Source: Felis catus
Taxonomy: Eukaryota
Length of the DNA stretch: 64,000 nt
Direction: 5' to 3'
Assembly (NCBI RefSeq): GCF_018350175.1
Contig: NC_058368.1
Location: 178,810,001-178,874,000, forward strand
In this document: positions 1-13,870 of the stretch, piece after piece
How the letters are laid out: each line of letters opens with the position of its first letter
Position numbering within the stretch: the stretch's first letter is position 1
Program-made: the position numbers and the translations under genes
The notes under the pieces: model-generated
Database searches by the model: none
The model's input: only the letters and a program-made list of their open reading frames with translations
Told to the model about the DNA's origin: nothing

Positions 1-3000
1 CATTGATCATGATAATGGAGCCGGCTCCATTTACTGATTGCCTCCTATGTGTCAGCCCACACTGGGCTTATAACATTCTCGCACTTTCCTTTTGTTCCCC
101 CCACAGCAGGTCAGCAGGTCAGGTCACTTGCCCCAGGGCAGATGACTGCAGAGCTGGGAGGAAACAGGGACAGGGGTGTTCCTGATTCCAAAGGTGAGCT
201 TCTCCCACCACAGACAGCTCACACTCTGCTACCAAACTTGCCTTAAATTCTGTTAGGATTCAGTCGGCCTCTTGGATCACTGGACGCTTTTCTAAGCTAA
301 GCCTTGGTTTCCTTTTCTGCAGTATAGTGCAGTATAGTTGTGTAACACTTGCCCAACTTGCTGTGAGGGGCAAATAAATTATCAGGGAGAAAATACTTTG
401 GAAACAGTTTTAAGGGGGAGAAACATCAGCCAAAAGATGAAGTGATGGTAATCCCTTGCAATCAAGTGGCTGAATTCCATATTCTTCAAAGGCGTTTCTC
501 TCATCTCACCCTCCTAAATCCTCTTAGGAATCCCATGAGCTGCATGAGACAGGCATCATTCACTCCTACCACTGATTACGTTGACACTTCAAGTCCCACT
601 CTGGACTTCAGTGTTTTTATAAGCAAATAAAGGGACTGGACAAAAACCAGGAATGGCTTTGCACACTGGAGACTGATAGGCCAATCTGGGCCCAGAGAAG
701 TCTATCATTTAGCCAGTATGTGAGTTCTCATTTTTAAAAAAATTAATTCACCTGGAGGGAGCTTGCCACAGCCTCTGCCACTCCCTGTTGTCTTGATGTC
801 ACTATTTTACATACTTACATTATCTTCCTGGGTTCTGAAGGCTTTTGATTTTGCAGCTCTTGGACTAAATGACCTCTAAAGTACCTTTCAGTTCTGCAAT
901 TCCACGGTTTTTTAATCTCTATTTTGCAGGTGATGAAAACTAAAGCCCAGAAATACAGTGTTTGTCCAACATCATATAGCTCGTTAATGCCTGAGTTGAA
1001 TATGGGTCTCTGATCCCCAGATTGGGGTGACTTGTAAAGACTGAATGTTTTCAGGGCCAAGAACAAGTAAAGAACCCTTAATATGCAGAACTGACACTTG
1101 AATCCCATCAGAAAACACGGCTGTATACAAACAGTTCCATAGTGTTGACAATTCATGGAAGAAACAGCCAAGATACAAATTCATAGAAGACAAAACCAAA
1201 TTTTTTGAAAATGAGCTCACTTGGCAGGCATGAAACCTTTATGTCTGAGACATCCTGAAGTTCTCGGTAACCCAACTGAGGGGAGGCTATTAGAGATAAG
1301 TTGATTGCAATAAACTTTTTGGAGGTCTTCCCACCCTTATATCAGAAGGTACCAGTATAAACAAAGCAAAACAAAAGTGCTGGCTCTTTCCTAAATTCAC
1401 AACCCTAAGTTCATAAAATAAATAACCAGCTCAGATACTATGGGGTTCTGCATATTAATTGAGTGACTATTGATGGATTTACTGAACAAATTGTCTTGAG
1501 CACCAACTATGTGCCTGAAACTAATTTTTGCACTCAGAGATGTGGTAGGGAATAAAATAGACAAAAACCTCTCTTCCTGGAGCTTATATTCTAGTAGAGA
1601 TGATATTCTAATATGTTATTATAGTTAAAATTCTAGATATTAAAAATAAACCTATGGGAAAATTATGTAGTCTCTTAGGGGGTGATGGGTGCTTTGAGGA
1701 GAAACACCATAATGGGGGTGGAGGGTGGGTGGGAGGGCAGAGAGCACAGCAGGACCTCCTACGGTTTGCCCATGGCCTAGCAGGTACAGGGAAAAGAGTA
1801 CCCCCAAAGGATAGGTCACAGCCAGGGCCAATGGGTAGAGGCTACATATTAGCAGAAAGTTTCTGATTCCTTACCGCAAAAATGGGATTAGTAATAGTAT
1901 CTATGTCACAGGGTTTTGTGAGGATTAAATGGGATAACGCTTTAAAGCCCTTGATACAGTGCCTGGGACACCTGTCAAACCTTATCATGTACCAATGTGT
2001 CCCATGAGTAAAGGACATGAATAGTTTCTTCCTTTCCATGGTGCTGCTTATCATTGGGATGGGCTTGGGATATGCTCAGGAAGAAAGAGAGAGGGAATCC
2101 AGTTGAGATATCCGATATAGGAGGTGAAAGTCAAATCTCACTTCTTTCACTAACCTTAAATAACCTGTACATCAGTCCCCTCATCTATCAAATGGGAGAA
2201 TAATAATGTCTACCTTGCGGCATTGTTGAGAGGTTTAAATGAGGTCATGCATGTGAACAGCTTAGCATATGCTTGATAAACGTTTGCTAATGTCATAATC
2301 ATCATTACATTTCTCCTAAGGTCTAGGCCAAGCCTGTGCACAGGAGATTGGAGGGCCATCAAGCTGCTGGGGGACATTAAAGGCTGGAGTGGAATGGCTT
2401 CAAGCTGATGATACAGTAGCTGATGATACAGTAGCTTGAACACATCAGTCAGACCATGTCCCTCCTCTGTTCATGGCTCTAAGGCATTCGGTAGAAAAGC
2501 TAAAGTCCTATGCTGGCCTACAGGGTCCTACAGGACTTGGTATCGGGCTCCTCCTACTCATCTTCACTTGCCCTGAATCAGACACAATCATGTTCTGTCC
2601 ATAGGGCCTGTGTACTTGCTAGAATGCTAGAATGTCCTTCTCTGTAATATTTGTGTGGTCCACTCCCTCATTTCCTGCAGGCCTTTGTTCAAAAGCCATT
2701 TTGGCAGGGAGGCTTTCACTGGCCACCCTGTTTCAAATAACATCTCTCCTCCACCACCTTTCTTTTGTTTTTCTCCAAACTGGTTATCACCATGACATTA
2801 TTATATTTACTTTGACTTTTCAGTACGTCGTTCCTACTAGAATGTAAGCTTCATTGAAAAATCTTCAAGTGCTTGACATGTGTTAGGTACTTATTAAATA
2901 TTTGTTAAATGAATAAAATGAATAAGACACCCTGAATATGTCCCCACTTTTTAAGTTTCCTCACAACCACCCTGGCCTTTCCTTGGCATCCTGGGAGCTG

Positions 3001-3487
3001 CAAGATCCTTAGCTGTTTGAGGACATGGAGACCCTGAAGTTTATGGAGATGCAAAAGACATTCAAACAATTGCAGTCTAGCTGGTGTTTTGCCTCTGTGT
3101 GATTGCCTCTTTCTGAGCCTCAGTTTACCCAACTATAAAATGGGTTCATAGTGGGATTCTTCAGAGGTGCCCTAAGTTGCTGCTGAGACAGAAAGATATG
3201 AGGACATGATTAAGTGGATGGTGTTCTAGGCTCTCTGCCTCCTCGCTGCACCCAACCACAGAAGCCCCCTTTCATCAGCTTTATTACAGGACTCTATGTA
3301 GGTTTCATTTCAGTTTACCTGATGCTTAAGAAAAAAATCTGAAAGCAGGTAATCCAGATGGTACCTCAGGTCCCTTCCTGCATTGGAATTCTAGCATTTC
3401 CCCAGTGGCCTTGAACAAAAGCTTGTCCCCTTCTTACAGTTAAAGGGCTCCTGAGATGTACTATTCCCCGAGGGACTGTAGACTCAC

Positions 3488-3574
3488 CTGGGACATTTGA
3501 ACCACTTCAAACCAGCGCAGGATCCCTGGAAGCTTGTATGCAGTTATGAAGGAGGTTCTCTCGATCCACATCGA
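3488..3574 (-). CDS. DOCK2: DOCK2 coding exon (~exon 44), [29 protein letters not shown]
   Basis: 87 nt; acceptor gggacAG, donor GTGAGT; contains the DHR-2 [10 protein letters not shown] motif; phase 0 to 0; the next exon lies outside the window. Confidence 0.97.
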
Positions 3575-3897
3575 CTGTCCCATAAGCAGGGGGTGGCAAG
3601 GGTAGAAAAGAAACACACTTAGGAAACCTGGCTATTAGAGAAGTTTGGCAAGAACCCAGCCAGGCCCCCAAACCTCTCATCAACCCAGAGCCTGAATAAA
3701 TGTTGCAAGACCCAGAAACATACTCCCACTTTACCCTTAAGAATTCTTTCCTGATGTGAAGTTTAAGTTTTCCCTGGATTTAGGCCTGGTAAGTTTTAAC
3801 CTGGGGTCTCTGAATAGTCAGAATTTTGAAGCAATAATGAATGCATCTATCTGCATTTTCTGGGGTGGAGGGGTGGTCACAGTGTTCCCTGCATTCT

Positions 3898-4389
3898 TTT
3901 TTTTTTAATATGAAATTTATTGTCAAATTGGTTTCCATACAACACCCAGTGCTCATCTCAAAAGGTGCCCTCCTCAATACCCATCACCCACCCTCCCCTC
4001 CCTCCCAAACCCTCAGTTTGTTCTCAGTTTTTAAGAGTTTCTTATGGTTTGGCTCCCTCCCTCTCTAACTTTTTTTTTCCTTTCCCTCCCCCATGGTCTT
4101 CTGTTAAGTTTCTCAGGATCCAGGTAAGAGTGAAAACATATGGTATCTGTCTTTCTCTGTATGACTTATTTCACTTAGCATAACACTCTCCAGTTCTATC
4201 CACATTGCTACAAGGCCATATTTCATTCTTTCTCATTGCCAAGTAGTATTCCATCGTGTATATAAACCACAATTTCTTTATCCATTCATCAGTTGATGGA
4301 CATTTAGGCTCTTTCCATAGTTTGGCTATTGTTGAGAGTGCTGCTATAAACATTGGGGTACAAGTGCCCCTATGCCTCAGCACTCCTGT
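3898..4389 (-). mobile_element. Young carnivore/felid L1 3' end (ORF2 C-terminus, 3' UTR, poly-A)
   Basis: Encodes GTCTPMFIAALSTIAKLWKEPKCPSTDEWIKK (L1 ORF2 C-terminus); T-run at ~3897-3906. Confidence 0.95.
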
Positions 4390-4613
4390 CTTCTGCACAA
4401 CATATCATAGTGAAACTGGCAAAATACAAGGATAAAGAGAAAATTCTGAAAGCAGCTAGGGATAAACACACTCTAACATATAAAGGGAGACCAATAAGAC
4501 TAGTGGCAGACCTATCTACTGAAACTTGGCAGGCCAGAAAGGAATGGCAGGAAATCTTCAATGTGATGAACAGAAAAAATATGCAGCTGAGAATCCTTTA
4601 TCCAGCAAGTCTG
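4390..4613 (+). mobile_element. Inverted L1 ORF1 fragment (5' part of a twin-primed insertion)
   Basis: Encodes HIIVKLAKYKDKEKILKAARDK...ADLSTETWQARKEW...RILYPA (L1 ORF1); shares a flanking target-site duplication with the 3' part. Confidence 0.93.
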
Positions 4614-5064
4614 TTCACTACATTCTGAAAGGGCGAGTGGCTCCCAAATTTGAAGAATCAATCTAAGGCAAAGAGCTGGGAGAGACTTAGAGCGTCCTCC
4701 TTCTGCCAGTCGTGAGAATTAGAAGACAGATCCTTGCTGGGAAGCACACAGTGGACACTGGGGACTGAAATCACTGTGTCTTCTTATTAGTATGTCCTGG
4801 AAGGTTTGACTTCATCAACACTCCTGCTTAGCCTGCTTACACCTCACACAAGGCCTGGATGGTATCTTGAAAGTGTAGAGGTTCAAGAAATGAAAACAAA
4901 CCTGATGGAAAAGACTGGAGAATGGGTGTCATCGTATCAGTAGATGTTAGCTTTACTTCTTTTTGCTTTGGATCAAATGCCCTCCCATTCTGACATTGAC
5001 AGACACCTGTTCTGGTTGGGATGGGTGGCCCTGGGGAACAATCAAGGCTGCTGAAGATACTCAC

Positions 5065-5149
5065 GGCAAATTCATTCTCAGGGTCGACGGTCCCTTTGCG
5101 CACAGGCCGGGAGTAGTGGAACTTTTGCACGTAGTTGGATTTATAAAAG
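5065..5149 (-). CDS. DOCK2: DOCK2 coding exon (~exon 43), (N)[28 protein letters not shown]
   Basis: 85 nt; acceptor ttctgtcttgcAG, donor GTGAGT; phase 2 to 0. Confidence 0.98.
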
Positions 5150-5297
5150 CTGCAAGACAGAAAGAGGCAGAGGCTCCTGGTAGCATGCCAGGTTGCTGAC
5201 ACAGAACCTGAGCTGACCTTGTGCTGTCGGGGAGGCCCACTACAGTGAACTTCAGGTCTGGCAGTTAAAATTGTAGCATTTAAAATCAGGTGCTCCT

Positions 5298-5493
5298 GGG
5301 GCACCTGGGTGGCTCAGTTGGTTGAGCATCTGACTTCTGCTCAGGTCATGATCTCGAGGCTTGTAAATCTGGGCCATGCATTAGGCTCACTGCTGTCAGC
5401 ATAGAGCCCGCTTCACATCGTCTGTGTTCCCCTATGTCTGCACCTCCCCTGTAGGTGCTCTCTACCTCTCAAAAATAAATAAACATTAAAAAA
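5298..5493 (+). mobile_element. Can-SINE (SINEC, tRNA-derived)
   Basis: ggggcacctgggtggctcag head, A tail; TSD taaaatcaggtgctcct / taaattcaggtgttcct. Confidence 0.95.
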
Positions 5494-6592
5494 TAAATTC
5501 AGGTGTTCCTTGTAAGGTGATTGAGAAGCTAAACAGGTCTCATGTCCTTTAAGAACACAATACCCCTTAGAGTACCAAGGAGTTGGAATTCTACCATTAA
5601 TGCATACCTAGGCCATCATTTCTGTGACCTCAGTGAAGAATCTAGATATGCCTACGGTCCTAGCCTAATGTCCCAGCGGTATCTTCCAAAGATTTCTTTA
5701 GTTATCCCAACCACCCCCCAAATCACTCTTCCTGAATCTCTGGGGAGGTTCTAACACTGGGGCCGGCAGGGCACGGTGCTAGCTGGATGGTTGTTATCTC
5801 TTGCCCCAGTGCCTGGCTGAAGAGGTTGGGGGGAGGCTCAGACCCAAGCTGAGCTATACCTGCTCAGCCTTCTGCACTGGTGTGGGGCTGCTGGGACAGA
5901 CTCCTTCTCACAAAGAGCTCCTGCTTCCCACTGTCCTCCCAGAGGAGAGGGCTTTCTCTAAGGCACTCGAGGTGCTATACTGGGTACCCCGGGTCTGAGG
6001 AAGGTAAACTGGGCAGCTCCGAGGTGTGCCCCACAGGCCCCCTGCCTCATGGCCCCATCACTGACCTCACAATCTGCTACTGAACAGAGGGAGGGAGACC
6101 TTGCCTTTATGCTGCTTTCTCTACTGCCCCTTCATCATCGTCAGGACATATCCACTGTCAATGCACAACCTCAACAAATTCTGAAAAGCTGTCCCTTTGG
6201 AAGAACGTGCTCAGTATGAGCACTGTCCCCGTCCTCACCCTGCCTGTTGCCTGCCCAGCCCACACACTCTGGCTATGCATTCCCTGGAACCACTCTGTCA
6301 CCTGAGTGACAGGCTCTCCACCTCCAGTTCAATGAAATGTCATTGCTGCTTCCTGATATTTCACTGTGCCTTGTTCCTCCCATCTCTGGCTTCAGTCTTT
6401 TCAGGGACAGCACTCAGATTGCTAACTGGGCTGGAGGGGGTCATTCTTTTCCCAAGAGGAAAAGAGATAAAAGGCTGGCTAAACCAGAGAAAGAACTGGG
6501 AGGGCACCAGGGCCTGTCCTGCCACCAGCTCAGCTTGTCAGCTCCATGGGATTTTCTTCCCCATCCCTTCTTCCAATGAACTGTGGGTCTTA

Positions 6593-6772
<180 letters not shown>

Positions 6773-7184
6773 TTATTGAATGACTGACCTCAGGCTGCTG
6801 GCTGCCAACTAGATCCTAATGACAAGTTAGAAGTCATCATGGTCCTTATCAGAATTGCCTGTCACTTGTAAGCCCATCCCAGGGCTCAGCCCTTGCTAAC
6901 AGTTGTTCAGTGGTCCTTAATCATCATTATCATTTCTATACTAACTGTAATACCATAATGAATTTATAGTTCTCAGTCAATTGCATAGCATATCCCCCAT
7001 GGTCTCCTTGCATCTCGCCAATTCCACTCAGCAGTGTTGTTAATGTAATTCTCCCCCCTTTATAGATGAGGACATCAAGGTCAAAGAGGCCAGGCGAATT
7101 ACTGAAGGTCACACAGCTTGTGAGAACAGAACAGAGGTCTGTAGTTGGGTCTTTTAACCACACGCTTGGGGTTCTTTGACCCTA

Positions 7185-7562
7185 GACTGCTCCTCAGTGT
7201 GTTCCTTTGACCAGCAGCATCTGCATCTCCTGAAGCCTTGTTAGAAATGATGAGTCTGGGGGGCACCTGGGTGCCTACATCAGTTGAGTGTCTAACTTTG
7301 GCTCAGGTTATGATCTCACAGTTCATGAGTTCGAGCCCTGCATCAGGCTCCCTGCTGTCAGTGCAGAGACTGCTTTGGATCCACTGTCCCCCCCTCTCTG
7401 CCCCTCCTCTTGCTTGTGCCCATGCTCTCTCTCTCAAAAATAAATAAATATTTAAAAAATCATAAGAAATGGTGACACCTACCTCAGACCTATGAATCAG
7501 TGTCTAGAGTTTTATAAGAGCGTCATGTGATATAGAGGCATCTTTAAGTTTGAGAAGCACTG
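7185..7562 (+). mobile_element. MER5A-like hAT-Charlie MITE interrupted by a SINE
   Basis: gaccagcagcatc...ttgttagaaatg core; tttgagaagcactg end. Confidence 0.75.
7258..7464 (+). mobile_element. Can-SINE
   Basis: Head, CT tract and A tail; imperfect TSD agaaatgatga / agaaatggtga. Confidence 0.93.
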
Positions 7563-8397
7563 CTTTAGAGCATGCAAATAGATATCATTTTGCATTCCAG
7601 CCCTGAAAATTTAAAAGTAACTGCTTGTGGCAGGATTTTGAGGCCATGTCCAGGCTGAGTGGGAAAGAGTTCTATGATTGATTAGTGATGCCTGCCATGG
7701 GTGCAGGCTATGGGAGCTTCGTCTGCCTATTCTAGACCTTTATTCATTTTAAACCGATAGCATGGCAATCCAAATAAACAAAACAAGTCATCACTGATCC
7801 CATCTCCTGGCCCTTTTTTCCCTTCCCGTGCCTTTGATTCCTCCTTTACTCATCTCTCTTCAGGTACCCAAGATCTCTAATCCCTTCATTCCACGCAATG
7901 ATTACCACAACTCCAAAAACTCTCCCTGAGCCTGGAATTTTTGCCAACCAAGGAATCACAAGCTCTTCTTTCTGGCATTCAAAGTTTCTCTCTGGTTTCC
8001 CAAAAGATTCTACTATGCCCTTTGCTTGAAATATTTTCTCACATCACCCCCTCTTCCCGTGAGCCCTTGAGGCAAATGTCAAATACCACAGGCTCCATAA
8101 GTATTCAATTTACCCTCAGTCAGGTGTCGTTTCCTTCGACTCTCCACAGCATTTTGCCTATACTTAGGACTCTTATCTCTCCAGCTTCCTGTCTTTTCCC
8201 TTCCCAGACCCTCCCCACCAGACTGTGAGCTTTTTGATGGCAGAGGCTATGATTCTTTCATACAGAAGAAATGGCCAAAATATAATTCCAAGTTAAATTC
8301 AATTGTCCCCCTCTGATAAACTCACTCCATATTAGTATGCTGTGAATTTAATTGTTTTATCTCTGCAGAATATTTCCACATTAAATGAGAGTTCCTT

Positions 8398-8398
<1 letters not shown>

Positions 8399-8432
<34 letters not shown>

Positions 8433-8463
8433 CAGAGAGACAAAGAGACAGAGACAGAGAGAG
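8399..8463. repeat. (GA)n/(GACA) microsatellite
   Basis: Directly visible. Confidence 0.95.
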
Positions 8464-10263
8464 AACACAATGCTTAACATAAATAACAAACCTCACTGGA
8501 AGGATTTCTGTAATATTCAGAAAACCATTTTCTTTTTCAAGCCATATAGCCAACAGCTCCCTTCTCTGGGAAGGAAACCACTTTGGTTTCCACACCAATC
8601 CATTTATGTAGCAGCCAATCTATGGCTGCTCTCCCACTACAACAATAGAGTTGAGTAGTTATGACATAGAGACCACATGACTAACAAAGACTGAAATATT
8701 TCCTATCTGGTCCTTTATACAAAAGTTGGCCAACCCTTGTTCTAGAGAGGCTTCTAAGTCACATCCACTGATCTTAGCAATTGGCCTTGGACCAGGAGGA
8801 GAATCCAAACCTGTCCTGAGGAAACTAGTGACACCAGAGCCTTTAAATCATGCCCAGGAGGATGCATGGCTGGACTGTCTCACTACATGTTGAGTCTGTA
8901 CATGGAACTGGGACCCCAAGGTTTGGGCAGGGGGAATGTGGGAGACAGGACACTCAACTAAGAGGCCTTAGCTTTCAAATGTCTTTCCCTACTTGGTTAC
9001 CTAAAAGAGAAGACATGAGATGTGTTGCCCTTCCAAAACTGCTTGCTAGCTTTTCTACTAGTGAAGGTGAAGGTGAGAGGACAGAGCATTCAGAGCGCAG
9101 GTTTTGGCAACGAGGAGATCTGGGTTCAAACCCTAGCTCCATCAGTTTTCAGCACCTTGTGCAAGCTGCTTATATTTTTTGAGCCTCGGTTTTCTTATTT
9201 GCATATGCAGAGAGTAATAATACCCAACTCAGAGGATTACTATAAGGATAAAATGAAACAATGCATGAAAAATGCCTGGTACATGATGAACAGCTAATAA
9301 AGAACATCCTGCTCATTAATTTTAGTGGAAGTAATGGCATTATAGAAAGAATATACACTTTGAGACAGATCTTGGAGTTCAAATCTCACTTCCATAACTA
9401 GGTTTGTAACCTTAGGAAAACTACTTTACTTCTTTGCCCTACACATTCCTTCTCTATGAAATAGGACAGACATAATACCCATCCCATAGAGTTATTTGGG
9501 GGTTAAAGAAATAATGGTTATAAAGCACTCAATCTATTCATGGCATGAAGAGGACTTTTAGCAAATGTCAACTCTTTTTCCTTTTCAACCTGGTTCCTGG
9601 TGCTACTAAATCAGGCCTGCATATGATGGGATAACCGAGTAACATGTAGTCTCCCTTTAGCTGCCCCAAGCTAAAATGCCATGGAGCTATTCAACACCAC
9701 GAGTCCACTTAAGAAGGGCCTTAGTGCTAATCTCCTGTCTCGCCTGTAACCAAAATCACATTTGTAACCAGTCAGCCCCAGGACTAGTTGCATTTCCTCT
9801 TGCAAATACCATGGTAGAGCAGGCATGAAGGGCAGGTGAGCATAATGAAAAGGTTACAGATGAATATGTATCACCCAAGGGAAAAATATTTGGATTAAGG
9901 TTCGGCAGACTTAGCAGACCAGCCATGCAACCTGTCAACCCCATTTTAAAGGCTGTAACTTAATTTGTGCTACAGGGTGTGGTGCTGGGAGCCAGGGTGG
10001 GCTAATACATCACTACTCAGCCGTCTGCCCGATCCTTGGGTTAATGTGCTCTCTGCCACCAGGAGTCTTGCCCCCTGCCCAGTGTCAGCTCCTGGACCTA
10101 TGAACACCTCACTGGCATCATCTCATATCCCCCATACCCTCCTCTGTAGACTTCAGTGAGCTGGCTCCCTCCCTGCATCCTTCCCTCCTTCTTTTCTTTC
10201 TTTATCTCTCTTTTCTCTCTCTCTTGTTTCCCTTTCCATTAATCAACAAGTATTTTATTATCA

Positions 10264-10267
<4 letters not shown>

Positions 10268-10304
<37 letters not shown>
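10268..10304. repeat. Poly-T run of about 37 nt inside an old L2 fragment
   Basis: Directly visible. Confidence 0.95.
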
Positions 10305-10307
<3 letters not shown>

Positions 10308-11282
10308 TTGTGCTAGGCACAAGGGGAGATGGGGGGACTTACTACAGCAAACAAGGCAGTGCAGGTCTCTGCCCTCCCAGACCTTATAGTCTAGGTTATG
10401 TGGACCTTTAAAAAGCACAAAAGATAACAGATTGAGATCAAGTCTCTAAAGAAAACAGACAGGGTGTGAGATAAGAGGCTCATGGAGAGTTCAGAAAAGG
10501 CCGCTTTAGATGAGTGACCAGGAAAAGCTCTTCCAGGAAGCGACACCAAGTTAAGATCTGATGGGTAAGAAAGGGGTTGGGGGAAGGGCATGGCGAGAAG
10601 AGGGAACAGAAGATTCATAGGTCCAGAGGGAACCAGCTAGGTGTGTTTAGACAACAGAAGTGAGGCCAGTGTGGACAAAGAGACGTGAGAAAGGGAAGGA
10701 AGAATCCTGGGGAGGGGGGCAGGGTTCAGATGGTGAAAAACCTACTTGCCTTGATCAGGAGTTTTGATCTTATTGTAAGAGAAGTAAGGTGCCATTCCAG
10801 TTCTTGGAAGCCACTGTGTTCCTTCCCACTCAAGGCCTGTGAGCATGATTGTGCTTCCCTCTGTCTGGGCCCTTCTCCCCACCTCCTGCTAACCTTTGGC
10901 TTGTTGCTAACCTTAGACATTACCTTCCTCAAGGAAGCCTTCTCTGCCCTCCCACAGTGTCCTGCATGGCTTCCTCTTGGCATTAATCCCATTTCTACAA
11001 ATACATATTTAATGGTGCAATTAGTTGTTCACTGTCTCTTTTACTTGCTAGACTATGAGCTCCCTGAAGGCAGGACCACTTTGTGAGTGTGATCATCAGT
11101 GTCTTGCACAATGATTGGCACAAAGCCAGGGCTCTATAGTATTCACTATGAGAATGAATGAATGAGTGAATTAATCAATGAGCACAACATTTAGAATTTC
11201 CCGAGATGGATTCTTTGGATACCATACTAGACACTGACATTGGCACCACTGCAATGATTCTGGCAGCAGCTTCTAAGCTCTA

Positions 11283-11516
<234 letters not shown>

Positions 11517-11953
11517 CTAGGCTTAGAAAACATGATGCAAGCAAAGCTGGGGGGCTTGTGACATGAGCACCGGCTCTGGTGACCTCCTAGAGATCTCTCC
11601 CCTTTCTGCTTCCCCACCACAGAAAAGAGAAGCTCAGCTCACAGACCTAGCTAGGTATACCATTTCTTTAAAAAGAATGATTCTAGAAGGAGAGGGGATT
11701 GTGGATGCTGAGAACTTTTTCAAACTGTCCTATGTATAAGTTCCAGAACTGTTCCTCACTCAGCTTTCAGTGTGTCATACCTGGTCTTCTGTTTGCATGA
11801 CCACAAAAGGTCCCTCCTGCCTTTAATGAGCCATGTAGGATGGGCCTGCAGGGTGGAAGGTACCAGTTTTTGGGTCCTTCATCACATAGGTCCTGGCTCT
11901 AAATCCATGAAAATACATTCTTTACATGTTGACTATGTTAGCCTTCTCTAGAT

Positions 11954-12171
11954 CAGTAGTTTTCAAATAGGAGGTGATTTTGCCTCCTAAGGGATACTGG
12001 CCATGTCTGGAAATATTTTTGGTTGTCACAACTTGGGGGAGGGGGAGCTACCAGAAACCCATGGGTAGAAGCCCAGGATGCTACTAAATGTCCTTTAATG
12101 CACAGAACGGCCCCCTTAACAAAGAACAACCTGATCTAAAATGTCAGTAGAGCTGAGGTTGAGAAACCTTG
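11954..12171 (+). mobile_element. MER20 (hAT-Charlie MITE), full length
   Basis: Typical ggttgtcacaact...ggatgctactaaa core; perfect 8-bp TSD ctctagat at 11946-11953 and 12172-12179. Confidence 0.9.
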
Positions 12172-12714
12172 CTCTAGATCCTATCTACCATCTGTGCCAC
12201 CTCTACTGGCCCAGAAGCTCTTCAGTCTAAACCCACGTCTGTCACCTCTGCATGTCAGTGCTTCCAATCTGGGTGATTGTCAGATGGGCCTAGGAGACTT
12301 CTAGAAGTTCAGATCCATAGGCCTTGCTCTAGACCTGCTGAAATGGAATCTGTGGGAGTAAGATCCAGAAATATGTGTTTTTAACAAGTTCTCCAGGGGG
12401 TTCTGATGTACAATCAGGTTTGGAAAGCCACCTCTACTCCAATGAGGAAACCCTCATTCTCTACCTCTTTTGCAGCCTGTGGTGCTTACTTTTGTGAGTC
12501 CACTCTGACTTTCCCATTGACTGGTAACAGTGAGTAACTTAGCTTCTCAACTAGACTGCAAATCAAGTAAGGTCAGAGATCAGATTTGCTGTTTCTTTTG
12601 AATGTCCCTGACTTTAGAATTGAACCTCAGGTTCACTGGATGGAGTCCTATGGGAAGGAAGCCTACAGCTGACCTAATCCAACTCTCTACATGATCAGTG
12701 AATAATCCACAAGA

Positions 12715-13480
12715 GCATTACTTCAGAAAGTATGCTCCAGAGGGGGGCCTGGGTGGCTCCATCAGTTATGCATACGACTTCAGCTCAGGTCATGATCTCA
12801 TAGTTCATGGGTTCGAGCCTCACATGGGGCTCTGTGCTGACAGCTTAGAGCATGGAGTCTGCTTCAGATTCTGTGTCTCCCTCTCTCTCTCTCTCTCTCT
12901 GCCCCTCCCCCACTTGTGCTCTGTCTCTCTCTGCCTTTCAAAAATGAATAAATGTTAAAAAAAAAAAAAAGTATGCTCCAGAGACCCCTGAAGGTCCCTA
13001 AAACCCTTTCAGGGCCTCATGAGATCAAGGAGCACTCTTCATAATAATGGTCAGTCGTTATTTGCCTTTTTCACTATCATTCTTTCAGATGTGTGGTAGA
13101 ATTTTCCAGAAGCTGCATGATATGTGTAGTCTATCACTACAGACTAAATGCAGAAGAAAGTGTAAGTACCTAGCCATCCTCGATTAATCTAAATATTAAA
13201 GAGATTTATAGAAATATGTAGCAATCTCACTGTTGGCACACATTTTTTATGGGAAAATATAACTATTTTTTCATAATGATGCAAGTTATGTTAACACGTG
13301 ACAGGTTAATTATTGTTATTGTTAAACAAATTGATAAATATTTTAAAATTTTCTTAGTTTTAATTTTGAATATGATAAATGTAGACAGCTAGAGTCTATC
13401 AATACAAAAGTTCATTGGAGACCTCAATAACTTTTCAGAGAGAAAAGAGATTCCTGAGCCCAAAAGGTCTGAGAACCAGA
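12715..13480 (+). mobile_element. hAT-Charlie non-autonomous DNA transposon (Charlie4a-like) interrupted by a SINE
   Basis: gacccctgaaggtccc...cgttatttgcctttttcact...ctgagaacc resembles a recalled Charlie consensus. Confidence 0.65.
12742..12967 (+). mobile_element. Can-SINE (felid type)
   Basis: Perfect TSD aaagtatgctccaga at 12727-12741 and 12968-12982. Confidence 0.95.
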
Positions 13481-13765
13481 GCTCTACAGTGCTGGCAGGG
13501 TAGCAGAAGTCCACCGGCTCTCCTTGAACACCACACTCAAGAGATGGGGAGCTCGCTACCTCATGGGGCAGCTCTGTGTATCTATAGGAACATGGGGTAG
13601 CTGAGGGTGGTGATGATGGAGGAGACTGGGCATGTGCTGGGGGTGAGGGCAGCCCTCAGATGGAGGAGAGCACATAGTCTCAGTACAAGCGGATCCCTGA
13701 AGCACAAAGCGGCGGCTGAGAGGCCCCAGGCCCCTGGCCTGGGTCTCAGTCACCCACAAACTCAC

Positions 13766-13870
13766 CCGCAGAAAGGAGGGAAATCCCTGGCCATAGTATC
13801 CAACAGCAAAGTAGTCTGGCTTGGGCCTGAGGATTTTCATGATGTTTTCATAGAATTTTGCCTGCTGGAT
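13766..13870 (-). CDS. DOCK2: DOCK2 coding exon (~exon 40), [35 protein letters not shown]
   Basis: 105 nt; acceptor ttttctccttccAG, donor GTGAGT; phase 0 to 0. Confidence 0.98.

Noticed and set aside
2403..2436. 15-bp tandem duplication agctgatgatacagt (and a 10-bp one near 318-338)
   Set aside because: Ordinary slippage micro-duplications with no further structure
3438..3450. agttaaagggctc, resembling the U12 branch region at 6689-6700
   Set aside because: It lies just downstream of a U2 donor, not before an acceptor, and deviates from CCTTAAC; likely coincidence
4353..4628. 91-aa ORF resembling a protein gene
   Set aside because: It is the inverted L1 ORF1 fragment fused to antisense L1 sequence
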